Below, piece after piece: positions 23,965 to 38,302 of a stretch of 64,000 nt of DNA (within the stretch, counting starts at the first letter, position 1; every line of letters starts with the position of its first letter). The stretch is from Octopus sinensis (lineage: Eukaryota): NCBI RefSeq assembly GCF_006345805.1, contig NC_042998.1:44950001-45014000 (forward strand). Direction: 5' to 3'. The translations under genes and the position numbers were made by a program. The notes under the pieces are model-generated. The model worked only from the letters and a program-made list of their open reading frames with translations. It was not told the origin of the DNA and did not search any database.

Positions 23965-24320
23965 ACATGCACACACACACACACACCTACACACAAACAC
24001 ATACATGTACCCACGTACCAACACACATACCTACACACTCACACACAAACACATGTACCCACGTACCAACACACATACCTACACACTCACACACAAACAC
24101 ATGTACCCACGTACCAACACACATACCTACACACACACACACACTCACACACAAACACATGTACCCACGTACCAACACACATACCTACACACACACACAC
24201 ACACACACACCTACACACAAACACATGTACCCAAGTACCAACACACATACCTACACACACACACACAGACACACACACAAACACATGTACACACGTACCA
24301 ACCAGCACACACATACAGAC
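23965..24320. repeat. CA-derived minisatellite, ~40-56-bp units (acacaaacacatgtacccacgtaccaacacacatacct)
   Basis: About six units with a constant core and variable (CA)n length. Confidence 0.85.
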
Positions 24321-24677
24321 ATACACGAAAGTTGACATAAATATTTCCCGCGGATATCGTACAGCAAATTTTCTTATTAGATTCATAGAGGGATCACTAG
24401 CATCCCCCTTAGAAGCGGTTAGCATATATCTTCCATACAGAAAGACAGAAAAGAGATGGCGGGGGGGGGGGAGATAAAGGGAGAAAGAGACAGACAGGCA
24501 GACAGATAGATGGACAGATAGACAGACGGTGGAAGAAAGAGAGAAAGAATGAATTATAATGTACGGTCACAAACATATGCACTGATAATTTATACACTCT
24601 CTTGAATAAGGACACACCTATATAAATATATTCCCGCTTATATATTTACATATATAAATACGCATGCATGTATGTAC

Positions 24678-24708
<31 letters not shown>

Positions 24709-25289
24709 TGAAAGTAAGTATGTATGTATGTATGTATGTATGTGTATGTGTATGTATGTATGTATGTGTATGTGTGAGTGTGGATTGTCATAGAGATACA
24801 AACCTTAAGATAGTTACATATAGTTTACATTAGTGCTATCGCGCCCGTACGCATTCGCGTGCACACACACACGCACATACACACGCACATGTACACACGC
24901 ACATGTACACACGCACATACACACGCACATGTACACACGCATACATACGCTCACATACGCAAAACATCCGTCCAATGTTTATAATACCAACTAAAGCGAT
25001 ACAGAAGATACGTGAGCTGGCATTGCACCACGTCGTACATATATATATATCTAGACCTTCTCCACACTGACTTACCTACCATACATTATTATTTACCCAC
25101 ATGTAGCACCACATGTACATACATGTACGTACACATGTGCTTTCACATTATACGGCCACGAGAATGATGAAGTTTACAATTACTGCCAAGTCCACTTTAT
25201 ATATATATAATCCACATCGGAACTGAACGTGCACTCCCTTCGTCTCGCTTGTACTTATAACAACAGATCCGGTCCAGCTTCTCATCTCG

Positions 25290-25462
25290 AAAAAGCTACT
25301 CTCACTCCCCCTCCCTCACTTCTTCATTCTCTCTCTCTTTCTCTCCCCTCGTTCACTTCTTCCATTGTCTCTTTTTTACATCCTTCTCTCTATTTCTCTT
25401 TTCGCTCTTTCTTGGGCTGCTTCTTGCTTCCCTCTTTTTGCCTGTTCCTCTCTCTTTCTCTT

Positions 25463-25495
<33 letters not shown>

Positions 25496-25999
25496 AACTC
25501 AGTTGATTTCGTACATATACACACCCTCTTTTTTCTATCCCTCTCTCTTTCTCTCTCCTCTCTCTCTCTTTCACTCCCTCTCTCTTTTCACTATCTCCTA
25601 CTATCACTCACTAAATTTCCAAATACTCCTATCCTTTATTTTTCCTTGTTTTTTTTTTTGTTTTTTCCCAACTTTTTTTTTCACACCTTAGTCTGCTATG
25701 GACGCATTTTACATTCGGCTCCGTTCCAAGTCGTGCTCGTTACGACAAAAGAACCACCATGACAATCACAACCAACAACCACAACTTTCCTTAGTGCCAC
25801 AACAGCAGCAACCGCAAAGCCATCACCATCACAATCACCAACATCATCATCAACAACAACAACAACAACAGCATCAACCACAACAACAGCAGCAACAACA
25901 ACAGCAGAAACATCAATCTGGAAAACGTACCTCAATGACTGAGAAAATATCGCACTTTTGCTGGAATGAATTTTATAGGAAAAGAGCCCTCAGGTCAAC

Positions 26000-26039
<40 letters not shown>

Positions 26040-26223
26040 CTCTGTCTGTCTGTCTGTCTGTCTGTCTGTGTGTCTGTCTATATATCTATCTATCTAATTA
26101 TCTATCTGTCTGCGTGTCTGTCTGTCTGTATGTATGTATGTATGTCTATTTCTCTATCTATTTATCTGTCTGTCTATCTGTCCAGTTATCTATCTATCGC
26201 CTGTCTATTTGTTTGTCATTGTA

Positions 26224-26262
<39 letters not shown>

Positions 26263-26600
26263 ATATCTATCTATCTATCTACCTGTCTACATATCTATCT
26301 GTCTGTCTATCTATTAATGTATTTGTCTGTCTTTCTGTCTTTCTGTCTGTATCTAACTATCTATTTGTATCTATGTATGTATGTATGTATGTATGTATGC
26401 ATGCATGCAGCTACGTATGTATGTATGTTGTGTATGTATGGTGTATGTACGTGTGTATGAATGGTATATGTATGCATATGTGTATGTATATCTGTCTGCC
26501 TATCTATATCCATTTCTATCTCTCTTTATGTATCTATCTTTATATCTCTCTATCTATCTGTCTGTCTGTCTATCTATTTATCTATCTAAGCATTTCTATC
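25290..26600. repeat. CT-rich tract, (CAA/CAG/CAT)n tract and long (TATC/TGTC/TATG)n array
   Basis: Directly visible; accounts for the 350-aa ORF at 25698-26750. Confidence 0.9.
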
Positions 26601-27099
26601 TATGACTGTTTAAATTTCTTTTCATTTTTCCCACCGTTTTTCTTCTTCACTCTCTTCTCAATATTTGTCAGTACGCCTGTCTGTCTATTTATTTACTTAT
26701 ATAAATCTGTCTATCTGTTTCATTGTTCAGTTTTCTATATTCAGTTATAATGTCTTTGTCTTATAGCTATTTATATCTGCCTCTTTTATAATACATATAT
26801 TTCATACATATAAACATATACGAGTATCTATGCATATTTGTGTGCGCGCGTGTGCGATGGTGTTGTTACGCTGAGGCGGTTGGGATTCGATAAAGCGACA
26901 GAAATTACTCGCTACTGTTCGATAGAATGGAATGCTATGAATTCAAAGGACTGAAAACAAAATACTCCGAATAGCAACTCATACAAACCTAGATTTAATT
27001 GTCTACTTCTGCGTGCCCTTGTACGTACGTTTGTATGTATGGACCGACAGACGGAGGGACGGATGGACGGACGGATGGATGGATTGACAGACAGCTAGC

Positions 27100-27201
<102 letters not shown>

Positions 27202-28335
27202 TGGTTAAGTTAATTGATAAATTTAAGTTCCCGTTATATTTTTTTTTATATATAGTTTCTAGATCAGTGGACGAAGCACTCGCTAAAGCACATAAATTTG
27301 TTGGGAAGGAGTGGTAGTGAGTTACGTCCCTTTACATCCATCCGTCCATCCACGAGTTCAAACCCATCCCGCCGCAGTCGACTTTACCTTTCAACTTTTA
27401 GGGTTTCGGTGAAACAAATACAATCAGTGAACTACTGAAAATCGATTAAGAATGAATGACTATTTGACTTCTCATCCAGCCCCCCAAAAATATGTGGCCT
27501 TGAGCCAAAGTTAGAAAGAATTGTTGCAGTATTAAACTGGGGTGGAGTTTTCTTTCCATGTTCCGCAGTAGTAGCGCTTCATTTACATACTTTTAATATT
27601 TCTTTTGTGACGTTGAAGCATTGGATTTCACTGGGAAAATCTCAAACATATTGAGAGAAGATATCGCCGTATCTGAATTTTAGACTTTCATATTTTATCG
27701 CTGTTGTTGATATTGTTTTTGTTGCCTAGCCCCATTTTATCGTGTGTGATAGCATAGAGAACATGATTAAAAAGCACTTCCAGCCATGGCTGTTCCAGCT
27801 TTATCTCTATATACATGATATTGCGTATCCTGGACGAAATGATCTTATGTTCCTTCAAAGAATGAAAGGAGAGAGCACTATTAGGGTGTAGTTTGATGGA
27901 GATTTAACTACTTTTTTCTCGCAGGTGGTTCGCGTTTTGTGTTGATGTTACGTTTATGTTGGTGACAGCGGCGATAGTGATAGCCGCCGTCGTAGTACAA
28001 GTGGTGGTGGTGGTGGTGGTGGTGGTGGTGGTGGTGGCGGTGCTTTCGTTGTTTTGTTTTACTTTTTTGTATTATAACATTGAGTGACGGACGTAAATAT
28101 TTTTTTTTTATTACATCACTGAAAAAATAACACAACGAATATATATATTTAGCCGTTTTTTTTTTTTTGCTTCTCTTTTTATTCTCTTCCGTTGAGCTTC
28201 GATTAAGAATTCTAGTCCGTCGTTATTGATTGATTGATAAACATCAACCTCGGAAAAGTACGATCGGCAGCTCTCGTTCGAACAGCTGTTTCTTGTAGTT
28301 TATCAAGGGCGTTCAAACATGCGGGCACTCACCAC

Positions 28336-28813
28336 ATACACGAATCGTACATCACATGAATACATAAATAGATATGCGTGTATTTATTGCATGTCTTTAT
28401 ATATATGTGTGTTATGCCTGCGTGTTTGTTAAGAGTATGTGAGGGGGATGTCTATATGCATGGGAGGAGACATGTAGTAATAAACTAGTCACATAGTCAC
28501 AGACACTGTGGTGTGACAATGTTGGGGTCAATAAACTAGTCACATAGTCACAGACACTGTGGTGTGACAATGTTGGGTCAATATACATATATATATATAT
28601 TATATATATATATATATGTATATTGACCCAACTTGTCACACCACAGTGTCTGTGACTATGTGACTAGTTTATTACTACATGTCTCCTCCCATGCATATAG
28701 ACATCCCCCTCACATACTCTTAACAAACACGCAGGCATAACACACATATATATAAGACATGCAATAATACACGCATATCTATTTATGTATTCATTGATGT
28801 ACGATTCGTGTAT
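28336..28813. repeat. 478-bp spacerless inverted repeat with a ~51-bp direct duplication in the left arm
   Basis: The arms mirror about a (TA)n centre at ~28600. The duplicated segment lies at 28479-28529 and 28530-28579. Confidence 0.9.
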
Positions 28814-28855
28814 ATATATATAGACGACGGGCACTGAGATAGGATGACCTCCCCC

Positions 28856-28915
<60 letters not shown>

Positions 28916-29100
28916 ATTATTATTGTTGTTGTTGTTGTTTGTTGTTATTATTATTATTAACTATATATATTTGATATACATGCTTTGTGTATTTACCGCT
29001 GGGTGAAATAGCGTGATGGAGTGTATATACTCTCAAAGTATATATACGTATACACAATATATATACATTATATCAGTTGGTATATGTGTGCGTGTATGTG

Positions 29101-29133
<33 letters not shown>

Positions 29134-29212
29134 GTATATCTATAAATTAATTTATATATACTTTGAGGGTCGTTATATATATATATTGACCAATACCTAA
29201 ATTTAACATTGT

Positions 29213-29278
<66 letters not shown>

Positions 29279-29545
29279 TGTGCGTGTGCGTGTGTGTGTG
29301 GGGGGGGGGTTAAAGTATGTAGAATATCTACTACAATTTCAAGTACTCGTATACCCATACCCTTCTCGGAATGCTGTTTCCGTTCCGGTTAGGTAAATGA
29401 AGTGAGGCAATAAAATATATTTATTATCCTTGCTCAGAAACGGGCATAACGATAACAAGGTACGAACTCAAATCCCAAAGGTTTGTTCTATACCACAATA
29501 CACAACACACATACACAGACAGACACACACAAGTCGATACATATG

Positions 29546-29578
<33 letters not shown>

Positions 29579-30017
29579 ACACAGAAACCTCAACCGTTGG
29601 CTTAAAAACAGTAACAGAAACGACATTAAACAATAGTATATCAAATATATTAATTTAAATTCTGGTTTCTCTTTCTTCAAATAAGTATCACATGTGTTTC
29701 TTTCCCCAGGCATTTTCCTTCTCTCTCAATCATTACATATCTTCTGATCCTCGTTATTCCGTTCTTCTTTTCTTTCTTACTTACTATCATTCCTTGTTTC
29801 CTTCTTTATTCTATTCGAATCTTTCCTTCTGGGGGGGGCTGTCTCTCACATTCTCTACCATTCTTTTTATTTTCTTCCTCTTTCTTTTTCTGTATATGTG
29901 TGTGTCGCATTGTTTCTTTAGTTATTTATTGTTGAACAGCGTCTGTCTATCTGTCTGTCTGTCTGTCTGTCAATCTATAAATCGAACATTCGATCTATTT
30001 GTATGTTTGAATGACTT

Positions 30018-30064
<47 letters not shown>

Positions 30065-30529
30065 AGCTGGTATATCTTCTTGTGTCGTATTATTTTTCTC
30101 ACCATTTGTATACATATGTATACATGCATGTGTATATATATTTATATATATACATATATATATATTATATATATATATATATTATATAATATGTATGTAT
30201 GTATGTGTATATGTATGTGTGTGTGAGAGAGTGTGTGTATGTGTATGTGTGTTTATATCTATACATATACACTTATGTATATTTGTATCTATATGGATAT
30301 CTTGGTAGTTTGTTCATCTATCCAGATACCTATTCGTCCTTTCCTTCTATTATCTCTTTCTGTCATTTCTTTATTCCACCCTCTCTCCCTTTCTCTACCC
30401 TTCCTCTCTCCCTCTTTCTCTCCTTTTTTTTGTTTTGCTCAGCGCATTTTTATCAATTTGTCTCTCACTCACGCTTTAGATCACTCCTTTCCCTCTATCT
30501 GTTGCTATCTCTCCATCTATCTATCTATG

Positions 30530-30564
<35 letters not shown>

Positions 30565-30716
30565 TTTTCTCGAGATATCCATTTTCCCCCCTATCGCTTT
30601 ATTACTTCCTCCCTAATATGTATCTCTATCTATCTATCTATCTATCTATCTATATATTTTTTTTCTGGTGATATCCATTTTCCCCTCTATCGCTTTATTA
30701 CTTCCTCCCTAATATC

Positions 30717-30787
<71 letters not shown>

Positions 30788-30929
30788 GCATTCCTATATT
30801 TCAATGACCCTATCTCAATGAATGAGTTTAATATTACTTCCTGGTTGTCCATTTTTTCCATGCCGTATGCTAATCGCATAAGTTTTATTCCTGCTATGCT
30901 TTTATCGCCGTCCTCTTGTTGTCACATGC

Positions 30930-30939
30930 ATTATTATTA

Positions 30940-30989
<50 letters not shown>

Positions 30990-31020
30990 GTTATTATTAT
31001 TATCATCATCATCATCATCA

Positions 31021-31069
<49 letters not shown>

Positions 31070-31157
31070 CATTATTATTATTATTATCATCATCATTATT
31101 ATTATTATTATTATATTATCATCATCATTATTATTATTATTATCATCATCATCATCA

Positions 31158-31190
<33 letters not shown>

Positions 31191-31310
31191 TATCATCATC
31201 ATCATCATCATCATTATCATTATTATTATTATATTATCATCATCATTATTATTATTATTATTATCATCATCATCATCATCATCATCATCATTATTATTAT
31301 TATTATTATT

Positions 31311-31381
<71 letters not shown>

Positions 31382-31435
31382 CATCATCATTATTATTATT
31401 ATTATTATCATTATATTATTATTATTATCATTATC
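30930..31435. repeat. Alternating (ATT)n/(ATC)n array
   Basis: Directly visible. Confidence 0.95.
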
Positions 31436-32476
31436 ATTGGCTAGATTAGATTCGTCATCTCACTTTCTAACTTTATAGTTGGCCTATCTCATTTGTTTTC
31501 CATCCCCCACTCCTTTACATTTGTTTATATACATATATACATATATATATTCCACTTCCTATCTTTAAACAGCAATATTTCTCCTTTAAATAAGCTATTT
31601 ACTGATGCTTGTTGTGAAATTTACTTAACTGTTTCTCCGATAGCTTGGCGCCGACTGACTGGGATTTTTCCGAGCGATATATAATTTCTTTTATTATGGA
31701 CAAACAAAGCTAATTTGGTGAGTTTTGAGGCAGTGGTGTTTGATATATAATCGATTGATTCTGCTCCAGTGCATTAGTTACTGGTTCTTAATTATCGACC
31801 GCCATGGTGGGGCGAGGGAATAAATAAGCGGTGTTCAATTCCGTTGGGATTTGAACTCGGAGTTTATAAGATACAGTGATGTATCTAATTACACAGTGCG
31901 CTATCATCATCGGCAGCCTAATGTTGTATTAGAATATTTGCCTTCGTTTCTCGGAGCACACAGTTCAGATCCCGCCTGGTACATGCGTTATCGAATCGAT
32001 CTCTGTCTGTGCGATTGCTAAATTAGATACCAAGTTCATACCGGTGTGTGCGTGTGAGGGAGAGAGAGAGAGAGAAAAGGAGGGTGGGTGGAGTTGATTC
32101 AGCCGATTAAAGCATTGCCTGTTATAAGTGGCCGAATGACATTGTAAGGATCATCGTTGCGGTCATTATAATCATCATCATCATCATCATCTTCTCCATC
32201 ATTTTCATTATCCACCACCAACCAAAACCATCATCATCTTTTTCACCATCATCGTCATATCTTCATCATAGATAGATATGTTTCTTTATTAGCCACACAG
32301 GGCTGCACACAGATAGAACAAATTACAAGGTAGAGCTTTTCTTTTGAAGGTTTAAAAAAAAAAAAAAGGAAGGGGGAGTTTCGATCAAAAGGGATCGTAA
32401 AAGGAGAGAAAGAGGACAAAAAAAGGGGGGTTAAAAAAAGGGGGGAGAGGAAAAAAAATTGATCAATAGGGATCGT

Positions 32477-32570
<94 letters not shown>

Positions 32571-32574
32571 TAGA

Positions 32575-32800
32575 CACACACGTGTGTGTGTCTTTGTGTC
32601 TATGTTTGTCCCCCAATACCGCTTGCCAACCGGTGCTAGTGTATTTACGTCCCCACAACTTTGGTATTCGGCAAAAGAGGCCGATAGAATAAACACCAGG
32701 CTTTAAATAAAATAAGTACGGTGTCGTTTCATTCAACCGAAAAAATTCTTCAAGGCGGTGTCTCTGTCTGGCCGCAGTCTAGTGACTGAAAGAAGTACAA
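32575..32800 (+). mobile_element. SINE module A, 3' half, preceded by (TAGA)n
   Basis: gtgtctatgtttgtcccccaataccgcttgccaaccgg...ggccgcagtctagtgactgaaag. Confidence 0.75.
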
Positions 32801-33005
32801 GATAAAAAAAATAAAACCACACGGAACGGTAGTTACAACAATAACAAAGGATTTTGATTCAGGATCAAGGTCAGCAATTTTGTGGTGATCGGATCAATCG
32901 ATCAAATCCACTTCCATGCTTGACTAGTTCATTGTCCGTTCCGGGTGGGTAAAAAGCAATGACGACACTAGTAGCACTTATCAAGGTTCTATCTATGAGC
33001 TAAAT

Positions 33006-33359
33006 CAGAGGTTTTCATCAATTTTTTAAATCTATAAACCCCTTTGATTATCATTTTTTTTATTCTGACGGACCCCCATAGCCTTCCGAGGTTTAAAAAT
33101 TAGTTTAAAGATATTTCTTTCAAAATTCTTAGTTTGTTGTTCATATATTAATTTGTGTAGGTTGAATTATGTAAAATGTTAGAGAAAGGAACCTAACTGT
33201 TTCTTGCAATACATACCAATATATACATCTAAAGCAAAATTTTTTCAGGGTCCCTTAAAACACCATTGTGGATCCCCAATTTACTATTTCGTTGCGTGGG
33301 CCTCAAAATAGGTTATATAGACCATCAGAGACCATATGAATCCCGGTTCAGAACCACAA
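33006..33359. mobile_element. Degenerate hAT (Charlie-like) MITE
   Basis: Ends CAGAGGTTTTCA... and ...GTTCAGAACCACAA resemble CAGTGGTTCTCAAC-type TIRs. Flanking 8-mers AGCTAAAT and GGTTAAAT match at 6/8. Confidence 0.5.
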
Positions 33360-33699
33360 GGTTAAATAACATGTAACCATTCAAGTCAATGTACGTTGAA
33401 ACCAAGGAATGCAGCACGCTGGATATGAGCTATTTCAGCAGATGAACTTTTAGAATCAGTGGCGAATAGCACTAGACGCTGAGCATATTGAACAGGCAAT
33501 AAACTGTCAACGGCCAGGATCAAACAGTTCAGTTTGTGAACTGCTGTTATCACCTGTAGACGTGGCATGCACAGATGAGATATCTCAACCAGTGAAAGAT
33601 AAATGTGACTAAAACCTTGGCCAGACTTAACCTTTCATCCTTTCGAAATCGATGAAATAAGTACCAGTTGAATTAGTGGCCTTGTGTTCTTTTTCTTTT

Positions 33700-34108
33700 T
33701 TTTACTCTTTTACTTGTTTCTGTGATTTGACTGCGGCCATGCTGGAGCACCGCTTTTAGTCGAGCAAATCGACCCCAGGACTTATTCTTTGTAAGCCTAG
33801 TACTTGTTCTATCGGTCTCTTTTGCCGAACCGCTAAGTTACGGGGACGTAAACACACCAGCATCGGTTGTCAAGCGACGTTGGGGGGGACAAACACATAC
33901 GCACAAAGACACACACACATATATATATATACATATACATATATACGACAGGCTTCTTTCAGTTTCCGTCTACCAAATCCACTGACAAGGTTTTGGTCGA
34001 CCCGAGGCTATAGTAGAAGACACTTGCCCAAGGTGCCACGCAGTGGGACTGAACCCGGAACCATGTGATTGGTAAGCAAGCTACTTACCACATAGCTACT
34101 CCTGTACC
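33700..34108 (-). mobile_element. SINE module A, full length and well preserved
   Basis: Head, ccttgggcaagtg body, short internal (TA)/(CA) tract and tail ...gctccagcatggccgcagtcaaatcacagaaacaagtaaaagagtaaa. Confidence 0.9.
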
Positions 34109-34656
34109 ATCGAAGATTTGAGGAATTCAACTATTTATGATAGACTTATTCAGTATATTTAGTCAATTTCTAACAATGTCATTTTCCATACAGTTCCTTT
34201 TTTACAAAACACGGTATTCTATATCTTCACATATTTTTTCATCAGTCATTTTGCTTTTAATTTTTTTCATCATATTACTTTACTCACTTATCTGTCAACT
34301 TCAGTCATTTCTGTACCAATGGAACCAATCAAAAGTGTCAGAATTTTCTTCATGTATCCATTTTTTATGCTTTTCAAATGTTCCTTACACTATCTCAGTT
34401 AATCTGAGTTTTTTATGTTTTTTTTCTTTCGCGCGATGGTTTTTCTCTCACTGCCAAGCAATATCTGTAATTAATACGTGCATTGAGAGAATTATATTCT
34501 ATAATTAAATCTGGTCTTCCAGCGGTAGTGAGTTTGTTAATATCTTAGTTAAAAATCCCATCTATTCTTTGTTTTTTCTTTAATCTTCAGCACTGGTCGG
34601 TTAAAACTGCTGACACCTCTCGCTTAAGATGTCTTCTTAATATTCTGGATAATATA

Positions 34657-34868
34657 GGTTTCAAATGTTGGACCCAAGGTCAACAATTTGTGGGGTATGG
34701 ATTAAGTCGATTACATCGACCACAGTACTTATCTGGTGTTTATTTTATCGACCTTGAAAGAATGAAAGGCAAAATTGGCCTTGGTGGAATTTGAACTCAG
34801 AACGTAAAGACGGACGAAATGCCGCTAAGTATTTCGCCAGGCGTGCTAACGATTCTGCCAGCTCACCT
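34657..34868 (-). mobile_element. SINE module B, full length
   Basis: Reverse-complement match from head to tail. Confidence 0.85.
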
Positions 34869-35138
34869 TCTTATATTCTGGAATAATAGTGAAACTCCGT
34901 TTTTACTTTCAGAAGCCTAAGGAGACCCCCCAATAGGGAATTATTAGATATTGTTGCCATGGGGTGACATAAATTAATCCAACGGCCTTCAGCAATGAGT
35001 AGTACTAACAGGGGTAATATTTTTCATTATAGTCGGGACTACCCTATATATGATATGTAGAGATTTTGATAAGTCTCAGCCAGAATTAGCCAAAGTCATG
35101 ACTAACTTAAGAGCACCACCTGGAATAGACAGAATAAT

Positions 35139-35309
35139 TCATTCGAATAAAGAGTTATTGTTTGCTAAGATATATCCGGATGTACGTGGTTTATTTGGAA
35201 TTTGTTGCAAATATTCGTTCAGGAACCGTTTGAATATTATATCTTCTTCTTCCCTTATGTATTTCGGCATGATGTTAAAGACAGCTGGGCCAATTGAAGT
35301 GAAATAGTT
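35139..35309 (-). pseudogene. C-terminus of a CR1/L2-type LINE ORF2 (5'-truncated copy)
   Basis: The minus strand translates NYFTSIGPAVFNIMPKYIREEEDIIFKRFLNEYLQQIPNKPRTSGYILANNNSLFE*, matching the GPxLFNxLP...FKxxLDxYL..IPD.P...GY...NSL pattern of CR1-group ORF2 ends. Confidence 0.75.
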
Positions 35310-36316
35310 CTACCTTAGTATTGTGATGTGACACAACCATGATTTCTGTAGAGGACATCATTTTTCATCAGTTTTACCTCAAACGGCTGTCATAACTTTT
35401 AACAAAATCATCTATAACAAGTATTTTACACACAAACAGAAAATGATGGATTGTTTCGTCAGCTCTCTTATGTAGTCTGCACACGTTTGACATGCCTTCC
35501 TTCATGTTTAAATTCGTACAAAGCCGTTGTTTTTTCTACATGATAATTACGCAACAGATTTCCCAAGAATACATGTGCCAGCTAAGCCACTGATGACATT
35601 TTTTTTTTGCTATTTTTTTTATCTCTTCTGAGAATTTCTATTTGCCTAAGGTTTTCTCGTAAATATCAACCGACAGAAATTTAAACTGAACATCAACTGC
35701 ATTGACATCTCCGACCTGTGAAGGCTTGTAAACAATACGGCCGACGTTTTTGCTCTTCCTGCTGACTCTCTCCACTCTTTAAATCGCTTATGATTTATTT
35801 CTTCTGAACACTTTTGTGGTTTCTTTTCTAGATTCTATCAATTATTTTTCTTCCAGTAAAATTAACTCTGTATTCATTTAGTCTGAATATTTTAGAATAT
35901 ATTCTTTGTTCTTGTTTTTTTTTTCTCCTAGTTTATTTTGGGTTTTGTAATTCTAAAGATAAGAAGTAAATCTGACACGTAAAAGATTGTCAGTTATTCA
36001 GCTTTGGGGCATAACAATCATACTTTGTTCATCAGAATTCTTTTATATCTATAGAAATATGGAATTAATTAACCGATGCTGTCTATTCGACAATACGTAT
36101 ATAAAAGGAATGACATAATACGCTAGCGAGCATAGGAATGACGGATTTCTCTAATGTGTGTGTGTTTTGTATATATATACATATATATGGGGTCTAAATA
36201 TCCATGAGTCAAAAAACAACTGGTACTCATATATTGGTTAATAGAGTAGGTGTATTATTTAAGAAAATACAATGAAAGTCTGTCTGTTGACAGACTTATG
36301 TGATCTCTCTCTAGGA

Positions 36317-36462
36317 AAAGCATGGGCAGCCTTTTTCGAGAAGTGGATTGTATGAGATAATGCTCATCACCAGGCGGGCAACACTACAAAAAAAATTTCA
36401 AAGCAATTTTCGTTAGGCATGCCATTGAGAAAGTTCCGCGGACCGCAGGTAGCCCGTGACTG
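36317..36462. mobile_element. Small hAT (Charlie-like) MITE
   Basis: Imperfect 16-bp TIRs (10/16). The TSD CTCTAGGA (36309-36316) / CTCAAGGA (36463-36470) matches at 7/8 and is close to the NTCTAGAN target preference. Confidence 0.65.
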
Positions 36463-37790
36463 CTCAAGGAGTTATTGCTCTAAAAGTGTTTCATAGAAAG
36501 TTTAGACACTAATTCTGGATTATATAATAAGAAATTAATTAATTAATTAATTAATGTATTGTTACGCGTGGAGCATATGTTCATTTCCTTCCTTTTGATC
36601 TCTTCTTCATCAACATGAATTTCATGTTTCTGATGCTGAGCAATTAAAACACTATCTGCATCAACCATTTTACCGTTCTTGGATAGCCTGATAAAGTTAT
36701 AGGCAGAACCGAATCTCCAGACCGAAACTTAAGAAAAAGAAAAAAAAGGAGACATTTTCAGCGTCTGTTCCATTACCATTTTACTACTAGTTTTGACAGT
36801 GATCTTCCTTGATATCTCTTATTTAGTTCTCAGCTATTTACTCTTGTTTACACTGTTCTTGCTTCTGTTCTCCATGTATACATCTTTCATGCCCTTAATG
36901 TATTTCAGCTTTCATCAACCATCTTTCATTACTGATTCGTCTGCTTAGCAGGAGACGATAATATTCTCTACTGAATTGCTTCCAGTAACATAACATTTTT
37001 TTTTTTTTGCAAAACTACATCCATCGTAACCTTTCCTTAATTATTTTTCGTATGCACTGCATGTTATAAATTTTGCAAGAAATTTTGAAAAGTTTTTTTC
37101 CAGTTTTACGATTTTTCTTTCGTTTATATTTTACATTCAGCAGAATATATATGCATTTATGTATTAATACTTGATCTTCTGTACCAACTACAACTTACTT
37201 CGTACCTGTCTGACTACTAACTCGTAGCTATTCTGATCAATATGTACCTAACCAAACATTTCAGTGTAAAATGGAATGTCTGGTATAAGTTTTAATCATT
37301 GAAACATACATCCCAATATTTCAGGCATTTCATAACATATTCAAGATTTAGAATTAAAATTACAAATTCCACCATTATCAAGTGGATGTTTGAAGTAGTT
37401 TAATAAAGGGGTCCGTACGTATAACAGAAGATTTAAATTTAAATATAGACAATTTAAAAGAGGAAGCTTTGCATGGAAACAGGCGTTCACAGACAGATTG
37501 TTATCGAAAGTGTTAAGAAAGTGATTAGCTGGTGTTCTTTTCTTAATTGGAGCTTTCTTACTTCGGAAGCAGGATATTCCAATCCAAATCCGTCAACTGA
37601 GCATGTCGTGTGGGTAAAACTTCCTCCTTACATTGCAAGACTTGATTGGTTTTCTGGAGAGAGATTAAATTCTTAACTTCTGTTAATAATTTTGGATATT
37701 ATCAATAGCTGATGTGGAACAATTGTTCGTTTTCTTGTAGTCTCTAAACATTCCATAATCTCTTAGTTATTCTGTCTTGTCAAAGCAATA

Positions 37791-38302
37791 CCATAAATCC
37801 TCGAGTATAGTCCGCCCTTGAGTATAATACGCAGGGGATTTTTAAAGGGCTGTGCCTCTGAAAAACCTAAACCTTGTGTATAATACGCACCCCTTCTCTA
37901 ACTTGAGTCAAGGAGGTCTATATAACGTCCTTGGTTTGTAAAAATGTATACGGTAACGTCCTTTATTATTACTGTATATATAACATAATGCAAACGTGTA
38001 GCTTTTTTGTACATTTTGTTTTCAGAAAATAAAGAAATAACAGTAATAAAGTTTAATAAATGTTGCTTACTGCAAGTTATGGATGATTCTTTTATGACTT
38101 CATTGCTTTCAGGCTTAGCTTAAGGTATTTTCGCGCTTGACATCACAAAATGCGTCTGAATAAACATTGCCAGACAGAAAATAGAGACTCGGACATTGCT
38201 TAGAAAATAATTTTCATTTGAAACCTCGTATATAGTACGCACTAGGGAATTTGACCTTTAAATTTTGGGAAACAAATGTGGATTATACACGAGGATTTAC
38301 GG
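37791..38302. mobile_element. Tc2/pogo-like MITE (512 bp)
   Basis: 23-bp TIRs CC(A/G)TAAATCCTCG(A/T)GTATA(G/A)TCC match at 20/23; TA on both flanks; CCGTA-type termini. Confidence 0.8.

Noticed and set aside
25698-26750. 350-aa ORF with a poly-Q/H start
   Set aside because: It runs through (CAA/CAT)n and (TATC)n microsatellites, which lack stops in that frame. There is no domain and no coding-like complexity.
30199-31449. Several 170-208-aa ORFs
   Set aside because: They are translations of TATC, ATT and ATC repeats.
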